Origin: Planctomycetota bacterium
Lineage (GTDB): Bacteria > Planctomycetota > UBA1135 > UBA2386
Direction: 5' to 3'
Length of the DNA stretch: 37,318 nucleotides
NCBI GenBank assembly: GCA_947501605.1
Contig: CANMWZ010000041.1
Span: 1 to 37,318, forward strand
In this document: positions 27,509 through 36,678 of the stretch, piece after piece
Layout: each line of letters starts with the position of its first letter
Numbering within the stretch: position 1 is the stretch's first letter
Made by a program: the position numbers and the translations under genes
The notes under the pieces: model-generated
What the model saw: the letters and a program-made list of their open reading frames with translations, nothing else
What the model was told of the DNA's origin: nothing
The model's database searches: none

Positions 27509-29871
27509 ACGGGCTGCTGTTGTTCGCGACGATCTCTGTCGTCGTCGCTGTCGGTGCGATGTTGCCGCCGCGCGTGGCGTCGGTGATGCCGCCTGGCGCG
27601 CAGCGCGGTACCGAGGTCGAGTGGACTGTCAGTGGCGAACGGCTCGTCGACGTCAAGGACCTGTTGCTGTGTGATCCGGGGCTCGAGCTGCTCACCGTCG
27701 TGGCGGGCAAGAACGCCGAATCGTGCATGCTGAAGGTTCGCGTGCACCAAGATGCCAAACTCGGTGCCCACGCGATGCGGTTGCGAACGGCCGGCGGGCT
27801 GTCCAACTTGTTCCACGTCTTCATCGGCGCGCAGCCAGAAGTCGCCGAGGCGCGAACGGACAACGGCGCGCAGGTGCTGCAGTTGCCCTGCACCGTCGGC
27901 GCCGAGATGACCGGTGAGGATCCCGATCGCTACGTCGTGGCGCTGGCGGCGGGCGCAAGGTGCGTCTGCGAGATCGAGGCCATGCGCCTCTTGCGTTCGC
28001 CGATCGACCTCATGCTGTCCGTGCGTGGACCCGACGGCAACGAGCTCGGTCGCGTCGACGACACGGCGTTCGGGCACAAGGATCCCGTGCTCGCCTTTGT
28101 CGCTGGCGTGGCCGGCGCCTATGAGATCGTGGTCGAGCAGGCGTTTGCCGATCGCGTCAACACCGGCGCCTATCGATTGCACGTTGGCGATCTGCCGCGG
28201 CCGACAGCGACTGTGCCCGCGGGTGTGCAGCCAATGCAGAAGACGCCGCTCGCGCTGCTCGGCGATGGCGCGTTGGTCACAACCGAAGTCGAACTCAGCG
28301 ACGATGGCACCGGCTACGCGCCGGTGTTCACGCAAGACGCGCGCGGCGTGTCGCCGACGCCAGTTTGGGTTCGCGTCGGTGGGCCGATCGAAGTCGCGAC
28401 CGAACCGTCGAGCGATCCAGAGAAGTTGCCGCTGTTGCCATATCCATCGAGCACGACTGGTGTGGTCACCGATCGCGCCGGCGTGCGCTATCGCATCGCG
28501 GCCAAGAAGGGCGAGGCCTTCGAGTTTCGCGTGCTGACGCAGGGCATTCGATCGCCGCTCGATCCGGTGATGGGTGTGCGCAACAAGGATGGCTTGCTGC
28601 TGGCCGGCGACGACGACGCCGGGGCGCCAGCTTCCGACGCGTTCGTGCGCCTGACTGCACGCGAGGATGGCGAACTGTTTCTCACCGTGCGCGACGTGAT
28701 GCGACGGCACTCGCCAATGCACGTGTTTCGCCTCGAGTGCGGCGTTCGCGCCCAGACTACGAAGTGCCGCCTCGTGGTTGCGCGCGGCCAGGACCCGGTG
28801 GTCACGATCCCCATCGGGTCGCACGGTGGCATGGTGCTCCAAGTCGATGACGCTGATGTCGAGGCTGGCCTCACGTTTGTTCTCGATGGCCTGCCGCCCG
28901 GCGTGACCGCGGTCTTTGGTCGGGTGCAGAAGGGCCAGAACCTCGTGCCGTTCGTGCTGCACGCGGTAGGCGACGTGCCGTTGGCAGCGAGCCTCGCGTC
29001 GCTGTCGCTGCGCGCCGAGAAGGAGCCGTTGGTGCGCTCCGCTGGCTACGCGCAAGTGTTGCCGCTCGTCACGGCTCGCAACGACCAGGCGATCCTCTCG
29101 GTCCTGCAACAGAAGTTGCCAGTCGCGATTGCCGCGCAGGTGCCGTTCGGCCTCGAACTAGTGCCGCCGACTGTGCCGATCGTGCGCGGGGCGCCGCTGG
29201 CGGTGCAGGTGCGCATTCGCCGCGTGGCTGGCTTTCTAGGCGAAGTGCGGCTGCGGGCGCTGTGGACGCCGACTGGTGTCGGTGCTGGCGAGGTCACGGT
29301 GCCGGCGGCGCAGGACGTCGCCATGCTGCCACTCGACGCCGGGGCGAATGCGCCGCTCGGTCCCTTTGCGCTCGCGGTGCGCGCTACGGCCGTGGGCAAG
29401 GACGAGGCTTTCGAAGTGTGCTCCGGCTTCTGCGAAGTGGTAGTCGACAAGCCCTGGCTCACCGCCAAGGTCGAAGGCGGGCGCGCGACACTGGGCGCCG
29501 AACTTTCTCTGCCGCTCGTCATCGAGAAGGACGCCGAGCAGAAGCGTGCGATCGTCGGTCCGCTGCAAGTGCGATTGTTGTCGCTGCCGCGCGGCGTCAC
29601 GGCCGAAGCAGTCGCCGTCGCTGCCGAGGCGGTCGCGGGCGCGTTCACCGTGCACATCGCCGCGGACGCCGCGGTCGGCAAGCACAAGAACGTGGTGCTC
29701 GAAGTGCGCGTGCCCGTCGAAGGCGGCGAGGTGGTACACCGCTACGGCATTCCTGAGTTGCGCATCGACGAACCGAAGCGGCCGAAGAAAGCGAAGCCCA
29801 CGGCGGTCGATGCCAGCGTGACCAAACCAACTGCGGCGCCGAGCGGCGAGAGCAAAGGCGGACCGCGATGA
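27505..29871 (+). CDS. Secreted multi-beta-sandwich protein with PPC (pre-peptidase C-terminal)-like domains
   Basis: P-x-GAQRGTEV start, D-x-Y...SPID/SPLDP...DD repeats; usual member of this cluster; GTGA overlap. Confidence 0.8.
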   Translation: MNGLLLFATISVVVAVGAMLPPRVASVMPPGAQRGTEVEWTVSGERLVDVKDLLLCDPGLELLTVVAGKNAESCMLKVRVHQDAKLGAHAMRLRTAGGLSNLFHVFIGAQPEVAEARTDNGAQVLQLPCTVGAEMTGEDPDRYVVALAAGARCVCEIEAMRLLRSPIDLMLSVRGPDGNELGRVDDTAFGHKDPVLAFVAGVAGAYEIVVEQAFADRVNTGAYRLHVGDLPRPTATVPAGVQPMQKTPLALLGDGALVTTEVELSDDGTGYAPVFTQDARGVSPTPVWVRVGGPIEVATEPSSDPEKLPLLPYPSSTTGVVTDRAGVRYRIAAKKGEAFEFRVLTQGIRSPLDPVMGVRNKDGLLLAGDDDAGAPASDAFVRLTAREDGELFLTVRDVMRRHSPMHVFRLECGVRAQTTKCRLVVARGQDPVVTIPIGSHGGMVLQVDDADVEAGLTFVLDGLPPGVTAVFGRVQKGQNLVPFVLHAVGDVPLAASLASLSLRAEKEPLVRSAGYAQVLPLVTARNDQAILSVLQQKLPVAIAAQVPFGLELVPPTVPIVRGAPLAVQVRIRRVAGFLGEVRLRALWTPTGVGAGEVTVPAAQDVAMLPLDAGANAPLGPFALAVRATAVGKDEAFEVCSGFCEVVVDKPWLTAKVEGGRATLGAELSLPLVIEKDAEQKRAIVGPLQVRLLSLPRGVTAEAVAVAAEAVAGAFTVHIAADAAVGKHKNVVLEVRVPVEGGEVVHRYGIPELRIDEPKRPKKAKPTAVDASVTKPTAAPSGESKGGPR

Positions 29872-32297
29872 ACTCGCTCGTGTTCCTCACTGCGCTGTTG
29901 GCCCAAGACCCGCAGACCCCGCAGACGACGACTGCGGCGCTGCACTTGTGCGTGTGGCCAGCCTCGATCCAACTCGACTCGCAACGCGATGTGCAGCGCG
30001 TCGTCGCAGTAATGGTCGACAATACCGAGGTCGCGCGCGGAGCCGCCGCGTCGGTGACGTTTGCGATCGGCGATCCGACCTTGGCGACGGTCGAGACGCG
30101 GGGCAGCACTGCGGTCGTCAGACCCGTTGCTGACGGGGACACTGAGTTGATCGTCACCGATGGCGATCGCGAAGTGCGCGTCAAGGTCGCGGTGCGCAAC
30201 GCGGGTGCGGTGCCATTGGCCAGCTTCCGCAACGAGATCATCCCGTCGCTCACGGCCTCGGGCTGCAATGCCGGCAGTTGCCACGGTGCGGCGGCGGGAA
30301 AGAACGGTTTCGGCCTCACGCTGTTTGGCTACGACCCCGAGCGCGACCACCGCGCGATGACGCGCGATCTGCGCGGCCGGCGCATCGACTTCGCAGCGCC
30401 GGATCAGAGTCTGTTGCTGCAGAAGGCGACGACCGGCGCTTCACACCAAGGCGGCAAGCGCTTGCAGCTTGGTGACGACAACTACCGTCGCATGATCGAG
30501 TGGATCGAGCAGGGTGCAGGCGACGATGGCGACCAAGCGCCGGTGGTCACTGGCATCGAGCTGATGCCGTCGCAAGCGGTGTTGACCGGCCTTGCTGTGG
30601 CTTTGCCGTTTGTCGTGCGCGCGCGCTACAGCGATGGCACCGACGCCGATGTCACGGCGCAGACGCTGTGGTCGTCAGGCAACGACGGGACCGCGCGAGT
30701 CGATCGCGGTGAGCTCGTGACGACTGGTCGCGGCGCGGCGGTGATCCTCGCCCGCTTTCATGGCCATGCTGCGATTTCGCGCCTTCGCGTGCACGAGACG
30801 GACAGTCCGTTCACGTATGCAGGTGAGCCAGCGAGCCTGGCGATTGACAAGCATGTGCAGCGGGCCCTGATTGACGCGCGCACGCAGCCCGCCGAGCGCT
30901 GCGACGACGTAGCCTTCTGTCGCCGCGTTCACCTCGACCTAACGGGCGTGCTGCCGACACCCGAGGCGACGCGCGCGTTCTTGAATGACGCCAGCAAAGA
31001 CAAGCGCGCGTTGCTGATCGATGAGCTGCTCGAGCGTCCCGAGTTTGCTGCAGCGCAGGCAGCGATGTGGGCCGACGTGTTGCAGGTCGATGCGCAGACG
31101 ATGGAGCCCAAAGGAGCGGCGTTGCTCGGGCGCTACCTGCGCCACGCGTTTGCGACGAAGCGACCCTTCGACCAAGTTGTGCGCGAACTGCTGACCGGCA
31201 GCGGCGCGACCTTCACTTCGGCGCCGGCCAACTTCCAGCTGGTAGCCAAACAGCCGCACCTCGTTGCCGAGAAGACTGCGCAGGTCTTTCTTGGTGTGCG
31301 ACTGCAATGCGCGCAGTGCCACAACCACCCGTTCGAGCGGTGGACGATGGACGACTACTACGGCTTCGCCGCCTTCTTTGGCCATGTCGGCAAGAAGCGC
31401 GGTCTTGATCCGTACGAGACGGTGGTGTGGGACAAGGGCGACGGCGAGGTGCGCAATCTGCGCAACAACCAAGTCATGCCGCCGCGCCTGCTCGGCGCCG
31501 GAGTCGTTGCCATCGCGAAGGGCGAGGATCGGCGCGAGGTCCTCGCCGCCTGGGTCACGGCTGGCGACAACCCGTTGTTTGCGCGCAACGTGGCCAATCG
31601 GCTGTGGGCACGGCTGTTCGGCCGTGGCCTCGTCGACCCTGTCGACGACGTTCGCATCGGCAACCCGCCGTCGCACCCCGAGCTGCTCGACGAACTCGCC
31701 AAGTTGCTGGTCGACTCACACTTTGAAGTGCGCCACGTGGTGCGCGCGATCGCGAACTCGCGGACCTACCAAGCGGCAGTCGCCGCTGCCGGCGCTGAGC
31801 CTCGGTTGTTTGCTGGCAGCGCGCCGCGGCGCTTGCAGGCCGAGCTGTTGCTCGACGCGATCGCGGCGGTCACCTTGGTGCCGACGAAGTACCCAGGCGC
31901 CCCGCTCGGCGCCCCGGCTTCGGCCGTCGATGGCGGCAAAGGCAGCGTGCAGTTCCTCGATGCGTTTGGCCGACCCGCGCGCGACAGCGCCTGTGCCTGT
32001 GATCGTCGCGACGATCCCACTCTCGGGCAGACGCTGCACCTTATCAACGGCGACACAATCACGCAGAAGCTCGGCAATTCGCAAGGTCGTCTGCGCCGTT
32101 CGCTCAAGGATCGGGCCTCGGCCGAGTCGATGCTCGACGACTTGTTCTTGGCGGCCTACTGCCGCCCGCCTACGGCAGCCGAGAAGCAACGCATCCTGTC
32201 GCTGTTCCCGGCTGCGGATGCGAAGGCCGCGATCGCCGCTTGGGAGGACATCTACTGGTCGGTTCTGAACTCGAAGGAGTTCTTGTTTCAACATTGA
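29868..32297 (+). CDS. DUF1549/DUF1553 protein with Ig-like domains and putative heme-binding motifs
   Basis: GCNAGSCHG, RRVHLDLTG-x-LP, FLGVRLQCAQCHNHP, NRLW...GRGLV-x-PVDD, PSHPELL, LNSKEFLFQH. Confidence 0.93.
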   Translation: MNSLVFLTALLAQDPQTPQTTTAALHLCVWPASIQLDSQRDVQRVVAVMVDNTEVARGAAASVTFAIGDPTLATVETRGSTAVVRPVADGDTELIVTDGDREVRVKVAVRNAGAVPLASFRNEIIPSLTASGCNAGSCHGAAAGKNGFGLTLFGYDPERDHRAMTRDLRGRRIDFAAPDQSLLLQKATTGASHQGGKRLQLGDDNYRRMIEWIEQGAGDDGDQAPVVTGIELMPSQAVLTGLAVALPFVVRARYSDGTDADVTAQTLWSSGNDGTARVDRGELVTTGRGAAVILARFHGHAAISRLRVHETDSPFTYAGEPASLAIDKHVQRALIDARTQPAERCDDVAFCRRVHLDLTGVLPTPEATRAFLNDASKDKRALLIDELLERPEFAAAQAAMWADVLQVDAQTMEPKGAALLGRYLRHAFATKRPFDQVVRELLTGSGATFTSAPANFQLVAKQPHLVAEKTAQVFLGVRLQCAQCHNHPFERWTMDDYYGFAAFFGHVGKKRGLDPYETVVWDKGDGEVRNLRNNQVMPPRLLGAGVVAIAKGEDRREVLAAWVTAGDNPLFARNVANRLWARLFGRGLVDPVDDVRIGNPPSHPELLDELAKLLVDSHFEVRHVVRAIANSRTYQAAVAAAGAEPRLFAGSAPRRLQAELLLDAIAAVTLVPTKYPGAPLGAPASAVDGGKGSVQFLDAFGRPARDSACACDRRDDPTLGQTLHLINGDTITQKLGNSQGRLRRSLKDRASAESMLDDLFLAAYCRPPTAAEKQRILSLFPAADAKAAIAAWEDIYWSVLNSKEFLFQH

Positions 32298-32310
32298 GCT
32301 GCGAAGGCCC

Positions 32311-34188
32311 ATGACGATCCGCATGTTGATTTCGGCGTTGCTGCTCAGCGCGGCACTGGCGGCGCAGGAGCAGAAGCCAGAAGCGGAACCGGCTGCGCCG
32401 TCGGCCGAGCAACTGCGCGCGATGCTGCAGCAACTTCGCGGGCTCGATCAGAAGGCGTGGGAAGCGCGCGCGCTGGAACTCGAACAGAAGGCTGTGGAAC
32501 AGGACCGCGCGGCCGTCGCGGCGCGCGAACAGAGCAAGCAGTTGCTGGAGCAAGCGAACGCGAGCGAGGCGCGGGCGAAGGCGCTGCGCGACGAACGCAA
32601 GCAATTGGAGGAGTTGCGGAAGCTGTTGCAGAACCTGCCGGTCGAGGCGGGTGGAGGCGGCGGTAAGGCGGAGGTGCCGTCGCCGATGCCGATGGCGGCG
32701 GGCGCGGCGGTTCCGGCGGCAGCGCCGCAAGGGATGCAGGCGGCGGCACCGGCGGTTGCACCAGCGGCGACACCTGCAGCGACACCGACACCCGCAGCTA
32801 CACCGGAGAAGGACCCTGCCAAAGAACCGGCGAAGGACGCAGTCCCGCCCAACGCCTCGGTGCCGCTGCTGACCTGGGCCGACGTGGAACCGCTGTTCTC
32901 CGAACACTGCGTGGGCTGCCACGACCCGGACAGCAACAAGGGTGGATTGGACCTCTCCTCCTACGCAGCAGCATTGCAGGGCGGCGGCTCGGGCAAGTCG
33001 ATCGTCCCTGGGCAACCGGACCAATCGCGGCTCTTCCGCATGATCGCGCTGCAAGAGCGCCCGTTCATGCCGCGCGACGCGGACGCGCTGTCGGCGTCGG
33101 ATCAGTTGCGCATTCGTACGTGGATCGAGCACGGCGCTGCCGAGGATCACTCAGCGGCGCAGGCGTTCTTGCGCGAACGCGACCAGAAGGCAAAGGCTGC
33201 AGCTGCAGCGATGGAAGCGACCTCGAGCGGGCCTGCGCCGATGCCGATCGATTGGCCTGCGGCGGGGTTGCGCACGTCGTCACGCGCGGTGCCGTTGGCG
33301 GCGATGGCTCGCAGTCCGCGCGCGGCGTTGCTCGCGGTGGGCGGGCTCGGCCAAGTTCTGCTACTCGACGGCAATGGCAAGCTCGCGGCGGTGATGGACT
33401 GCGACCTCGCGCGCATCGGCAGCGTCGGCTTTTCCCCGGATGGTCGGCTTCTCGCAGTTGGCGGTGGCGATGCGGGCCGCAGTGGACGCGCGATCGTGCT
33501 CGACGTGGTGACGGGCGTTCGGGTGGGGACGTTCGGAAAGGAACGCGACGTGCCGCTCGCGGTCGCAGTGCATCACGGGGCGCGGGTGGTGGCCCTCGCG
33601 GGCAGCAGCAAACGTGTGCGCGTGCTCACGCTCGATCGGGGTGCGGATGGTGCGGACGAGATGGTGTGGGAAGGCAAACACGACGACTTCGTGCTGTCGC
33701 TGGCCTTCTCGCCGGACGGGTCGCTGCTGGCCGCGGCGGACCGGAGCGGGGCCTGCGTGCTGTGGGAAGTCGACGGCGGCGAAGTGGCGACGACGCTGCG
33801 GGTGCCGCAGGGTGCAGTGAACGCGGTGGCCTTCCATCGGACGGGGTCGATGGTGGCGCTCGCGTGCGGCGACGGGACGGTTCGCGTGTTCGACACCAAG
33901 GACGGCAAGGAACGCTGGCAGAAGAAGGCGCACGCGCAGGAGGCGCTGGCGGTGGCGTTCGGGCCCAAGGACGCGATCGCGACGGGTGGCGCGGATGGAA
34001 AGATGGCGCTGTTCGCGAGCGACGGGAAGGTGTTGGGGACGAGTGCGGCGGCGGGGGACTACGTGCTGGGCGTTGGGTTCGGTGAGGTGGATGAGGTGGT
34101 GTTCGGCGGGGACGCGATGGGGCGAGTGCAGCGGTGGGAGGGGAAGAAGGTGGAGGTGGTGGCGGAGCTGCGGGGGGTCGGGCAGTAG
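32311..34188 (+). CDS. Planctomycete cytochrome c domain + WD40 repeat protein
   Basis: Signal peptide, coiled coil, Pro/Ala linker, CVGCH...GGLDL...MP...WI-x-x-GA, then WD40 blades (AFSPDG). Confidence 0.9.
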   Translation: MTIRMLISALLLSAALAAQEQKPEAEPAAPSAEQLRAMLQQLRGLDQKAWEARALELEQKAVEQDRAAVAAREQSKQLLEQANASEARAKALRDERKQLEELRKLLQNLPVEAGGGGGKAEVPSPMPMAAGAAVPAAAPQGMQAAAPAVAPAATPAATPTPAATPEKDPAKEPAKDAVPPNASVPLLTWADVEPLFSEHCVGCHDPDSNKGGLDLSSYAAALQGGGSGKSIVPGQPDQSRLFRMIALQERPFMPRDADALSASDQLRIRTWIEHGAAEDHSAAQAFLRERDQKAKAAAAAMEATSSGPAPMPIDWPAAGLRTSSRAVPLAAMARSPRAALLAVGGLGQVLLLDGNGKLAAVMDCDLARIGSVGFSPDGRLLAVGGGDAGRSGRAIVLDVVTGVRVGTFGKERDVPLAVAVHHGARVVALAGSSKRVRVLTLDRGADGADEMVWEGKHDDFVLSLAFSPDGSLLAAADRSGACVLWEVDGGEVATTLRVPQGAVNAVAFHRTGSMVALACGDGTVRVFDTKDGKERWQKKAHAQEALAVAFGPKDAIATGGADGKMALFASDGKVLGTSAAAGDYVLGVGFGEVDEVVFGGDAMGRVQRWEGKKVEVVAELRGVGQ

Positions 34189-34198
34189 GGGGGGACGT

Positions 34199-34692
34199 TC
34201 AAGCGAGAAGCGCCAGTCCGCGGATCTTGTCCAAGTCGCGGCGCACTTGTCGCGGATCGCAACGAACGGTCCGCGCGATGGCGCGGATGGGCAGGTTGGA
34301 TTCGAAGTGGAGCTCGTAGACGCGAAGCCGCCGAGGATCGAGGCGGCTCTTGACGCGTTCGCGACCGACTTCGATGTCCCAGCCTCGGGTGATCTCGGTG
34401 TGCACGTGCTGAGCATCGAGCAGGGCCGGGTCGGTGGCATGGTGCATGCGCTGCGATGCTCTGCGGGCGCCGTGCAAGAAGTGGGCGGCAGCGACACGGA
34501 AGTAAGCGAGAGGTCGGTCGATGCTGGAGCCGTGAGTGAGCGCCACCCACGTAGCGATGCGAATGTCCTGTTCTGCTTCGTCACGCAGGTGTGTAGGGAC
34601 GCTCCTTGCGATGACGTCCGGGATTAGCGAGAAGAGCTGGTCGAGGTCGGCGTCAGCCTCGTTCCTCGTTCCTCATTCCTTCGTGCTTGCAT
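34199..34692 (-). pseudogene. ECF-type sigma-70 factor-like gene, frameshifted at its 5' end within a 7-bp repeat
   Basis: The frame of the listed 34199-34546 ORF is open up to 34672 and reads region-2-like DEAEQDIRIATWVAL...IDRPLAYFRVAA and region-4 HTH-like LDPRRLRVYELHFESNLPIRAIARTVRCDPRQVRRDL. The ATG with a good SD (34692) is in another frame. Confidence 0.65.
34657..34680 (-). repeat. Heptanucleotide tandem repeat AGGAAYG x3 + AGG
   Basis: Minus strand reads AGGAATG AGGAACG AGGAACG AGG. Confidence 0.85.
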
Positions 34693-34701
34693 GAATGTTC
34701 T

Positions 34702-34707
34702 CTCCTT
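34702..34707 (-). promoter_or_regulatory. Shine-Dalgarno sequence for the sigma-like gene
   Basis: AAGGAG on the minus strand, 9 nt before ATG at 34692. Confidence 0.6.
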
Positions 34708-34946
34708 CCGTTGAGTGCGCGCCCAACGCGCGGACGTGACTAGTATGCCCCGCAGAACCCGCAGCCTCAACCGGGGCGACGGAGAGGCGAAGCGGAATGG
34801 CATGAGCCCGAGGGCCCAACCGCCCTCTGCCCGCCAGGGAATTCCGCGCCGCAAATGTCCTCCCCCTGCCTCTTAGATGTTGGAGGCGTCCGATCCGCGC
34901 GTGCGGATGCAGTGCGCCTCGAACCCTACAACGACCAGGCACGACG

Positions 34947-35309
34947 ATGACCGAGAACATCCCAGGCCGCCGCATTTCAGGTGGCGAGGCCTTCTACACG
35001 GACTGGGTTGCCCGCACGGGTGACAACATGCTGCTGCGGGTTGAGGCCATCGAGACGGCCGGGACTTCACCGCAGGTGGAGTTCGTGGTCGAGACGCGCG
35101 CAGAACCTGGCGCTACCATCACGACCCCCGTGTCCCCGACCTATCCTACGACGCCGCCGTTGAAGTTGACGTCCGAGACGGTCGCCACTGGCTACTACAA
35201 GGAGAACCTCAAGGCGGAAGTCCGTCTGAAGATCTCGTGTACGACCAGTAGTTCCACATACGCGGTGATTCGCGTGTTTCCCCCCATCTTCTTCGACTCG
35301 GCCAAGTAG
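34947..35309 (+). CDS. Hypothetical beta-rich protein (120 aa), paralog of the next gene
   Basis: ATG start, host-like codons; motifs shared with 35325-35663. Confidence 0.8.
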   Translation: MTENIPGRRISGGEAFYTDWVARTGDNMLLRVEAIETAGTSPQVEFVVETRAEPGATITTPVSPTYPTTPPLKLTSETVATGYYKENLKAEVRLKISCTTSSSTYAVIRVFPPIFFDSAK

Positions 35310-35324
35310 GCCAGGAGCCCAGCC

Positions 35325-35663
35325 ATGATCATCGGACAAACGTTGAACGGGGATTACGGTGCGGTGCGCGAGCACTTCACGCCGTGGTTCCCGCGCCAGG
35401 CCGACAACGCGATCTTCACCTACGAGCGGATCTTCAGCACGATGGGCACTGAGACGGTCGAGGTCTTCCACAAGAACGAGGAGGACACGGGGCTCGGCAC
35501 GTCGCTGGGCAGTTTCTCCGATCTCGGTTCGACGGGTCTGCTGGAATCTGTGTGCAGCGGGCTCAAGGAAATGATCCGGTTCAGAGTTCAGATCAAGAAC
35601 GCGAGTGGGTGGGTGCACTTCCGGTTCCTGCAACCGACTTGGTACTTCACGGGTAGGGTGTGA
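35325..35663 (+). CDS. Hypothetical beta-rich protein (112 aa)
   Basis: AGGAG SD before ATG; FTPWFPRQADNA, GLKEMIRF and WVHFRFLQPTW motifs. Confidence 0.85.
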   Translation: MIIGQTLNGDYGAVREHFTPWFPRQADNAIFTYERIFSTMGTETVEVFHKNEEDTGLGTSLGSFSDLGSTGLLESVCSGLKEMIRFRVQIKNASGWVHFRFLQPTWYFTGRV

Positions 35664-35745
35664 AGAGGAAGGCTGGGCTGCAGTTAGAAGTGGTGCGTGG
35701 TGCGGTGCACCCGTGTCGAGTGAGTTTGCTGTGAGAAACGACATC

Positions 35746-36678
35746 ATGCATGCGACCCAGGGCTTCAACATAGCGGGCGATGAGTTGTGGCAGTTTGAGG
35801 CCGCTGGCATGCGCGAGAGATGTGGAGGAGGGTGTGGTAAGACGGCGGGGCCCAGAGAGGCAGTGTCCGAGCATTTGCGCGGTCCTTGGAGCATTGGCGC
35901 TCAACCTGAGCCGTTCAGCGCAGGTTGTCGTAGTGGCGGTGTAGCCGGGATCGAGAGCGACTCGCTTGCGCGAGGGGACTTCGAGGAAGATTGTTGCCGG
36001 AGATGCAATCTTGGGAATGATAGAAGGGCCAGTAATGCCGTGCCCACGGACATCTTTGGCGAGCCGTGGGGCGGTGGGAATGGCCGGCCTTGGCTCGGCA
36101 CTTGTCAGAGCGGCGAGAAGTGGGCGCAAGGCGTTCACGAGAAGATCTGCGGACCGGATGTTACAGACCTCGTCATCGAGCAGTACCAGTCCATCGCCTT
36201 TGACCCTGGCTGGCCAAAGCTGTTGGACGTGACGCCACATGTGTCGGCCATCGACTTCAAGAACATAAAGCCTGTGATCGACAGGCCGCCCGCCAAATGT
36301 CCATCGAATTGTGGAGAGTCCATTACCTTCTGCGGCCAGTGCACTCATGATCAAGTGCCTGGAAACATCGGATTGGGAGTTGCGTATAGCCTAGAGGTGG
36401 CACTCGCTATCGGTGAATTAGCGGCCTGGATCGGAGGGAGCAAGGAGTCAGAGCAAGACAAGAAGTCCTACAAGTTTGGGCAGGAAGTAAAGAGGATCAT
36501 GAACCCATATGTTAGCTTCCCGGCGCCGATTGGGCCCGGAGCTTGGCCAGCGCCAACATGGAAGGATGGGGCTCACGATGCGATCAAGAAGGAACTCTGC
36601 GCCGCATTCACCAAATTCCAATTCACAGATTTCGGTAAGACGCAAAATTGCGAGCTTTGCCCGCACGCCTATAAGTAA
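35746..36678 (+). CDS. Cys-rich protein with candidate polymorphic toxin (Ntox44-like) C-terminal domain
   Basis: CGPDVT...CPSNCGESITFCGQC-x-HDQVPGNIGLG...ESEQDKKSYKFG; visibly lower GC than the flanks. Start uncertain. Confidence 0.55.
   Translation: MHATQGFNIAGDELWQFEAAGMRERCGGGCGKTAGPREAVSEHLRGPWSIGAQPEPFSAGCRSGGVAGIESDSLARGDFEEDCCRRCNLGNDRRASNAVPTDIFGEPWGGGNGRPWLGTCQSGEKWAQGVHEKICGPDVTDLVIEQYQSIAFDPGWPKLLDVTPHVSAIDFKNIKPVIDRPPAKCPSNCGESITFCGQCTHDQVPGNIGLGVAYSLEVALAIGELAAWIGGSKESEQDKKSYKFGQEVKRIMNPYVSFPAPIGPGAWPAPTWKDGAHDAIKKELCAAFTKFQFTDFGKTQNCELCPHAYK

Noticed and set aside
32690..32840. Short DNA repeats as a CRISPR or non-coding array
   Set aside because: They are imperfect, in-frame and encode a Pro/Ala linker; there is no repeat-spacer structure.
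33986..34627. 213-aa + strand ORF, and the 407-aa minus ORF 33361-34584
   Set aside because: Both overlap the WD40 gene and lack motifs; the sigma-like minus frame explains this interval better.
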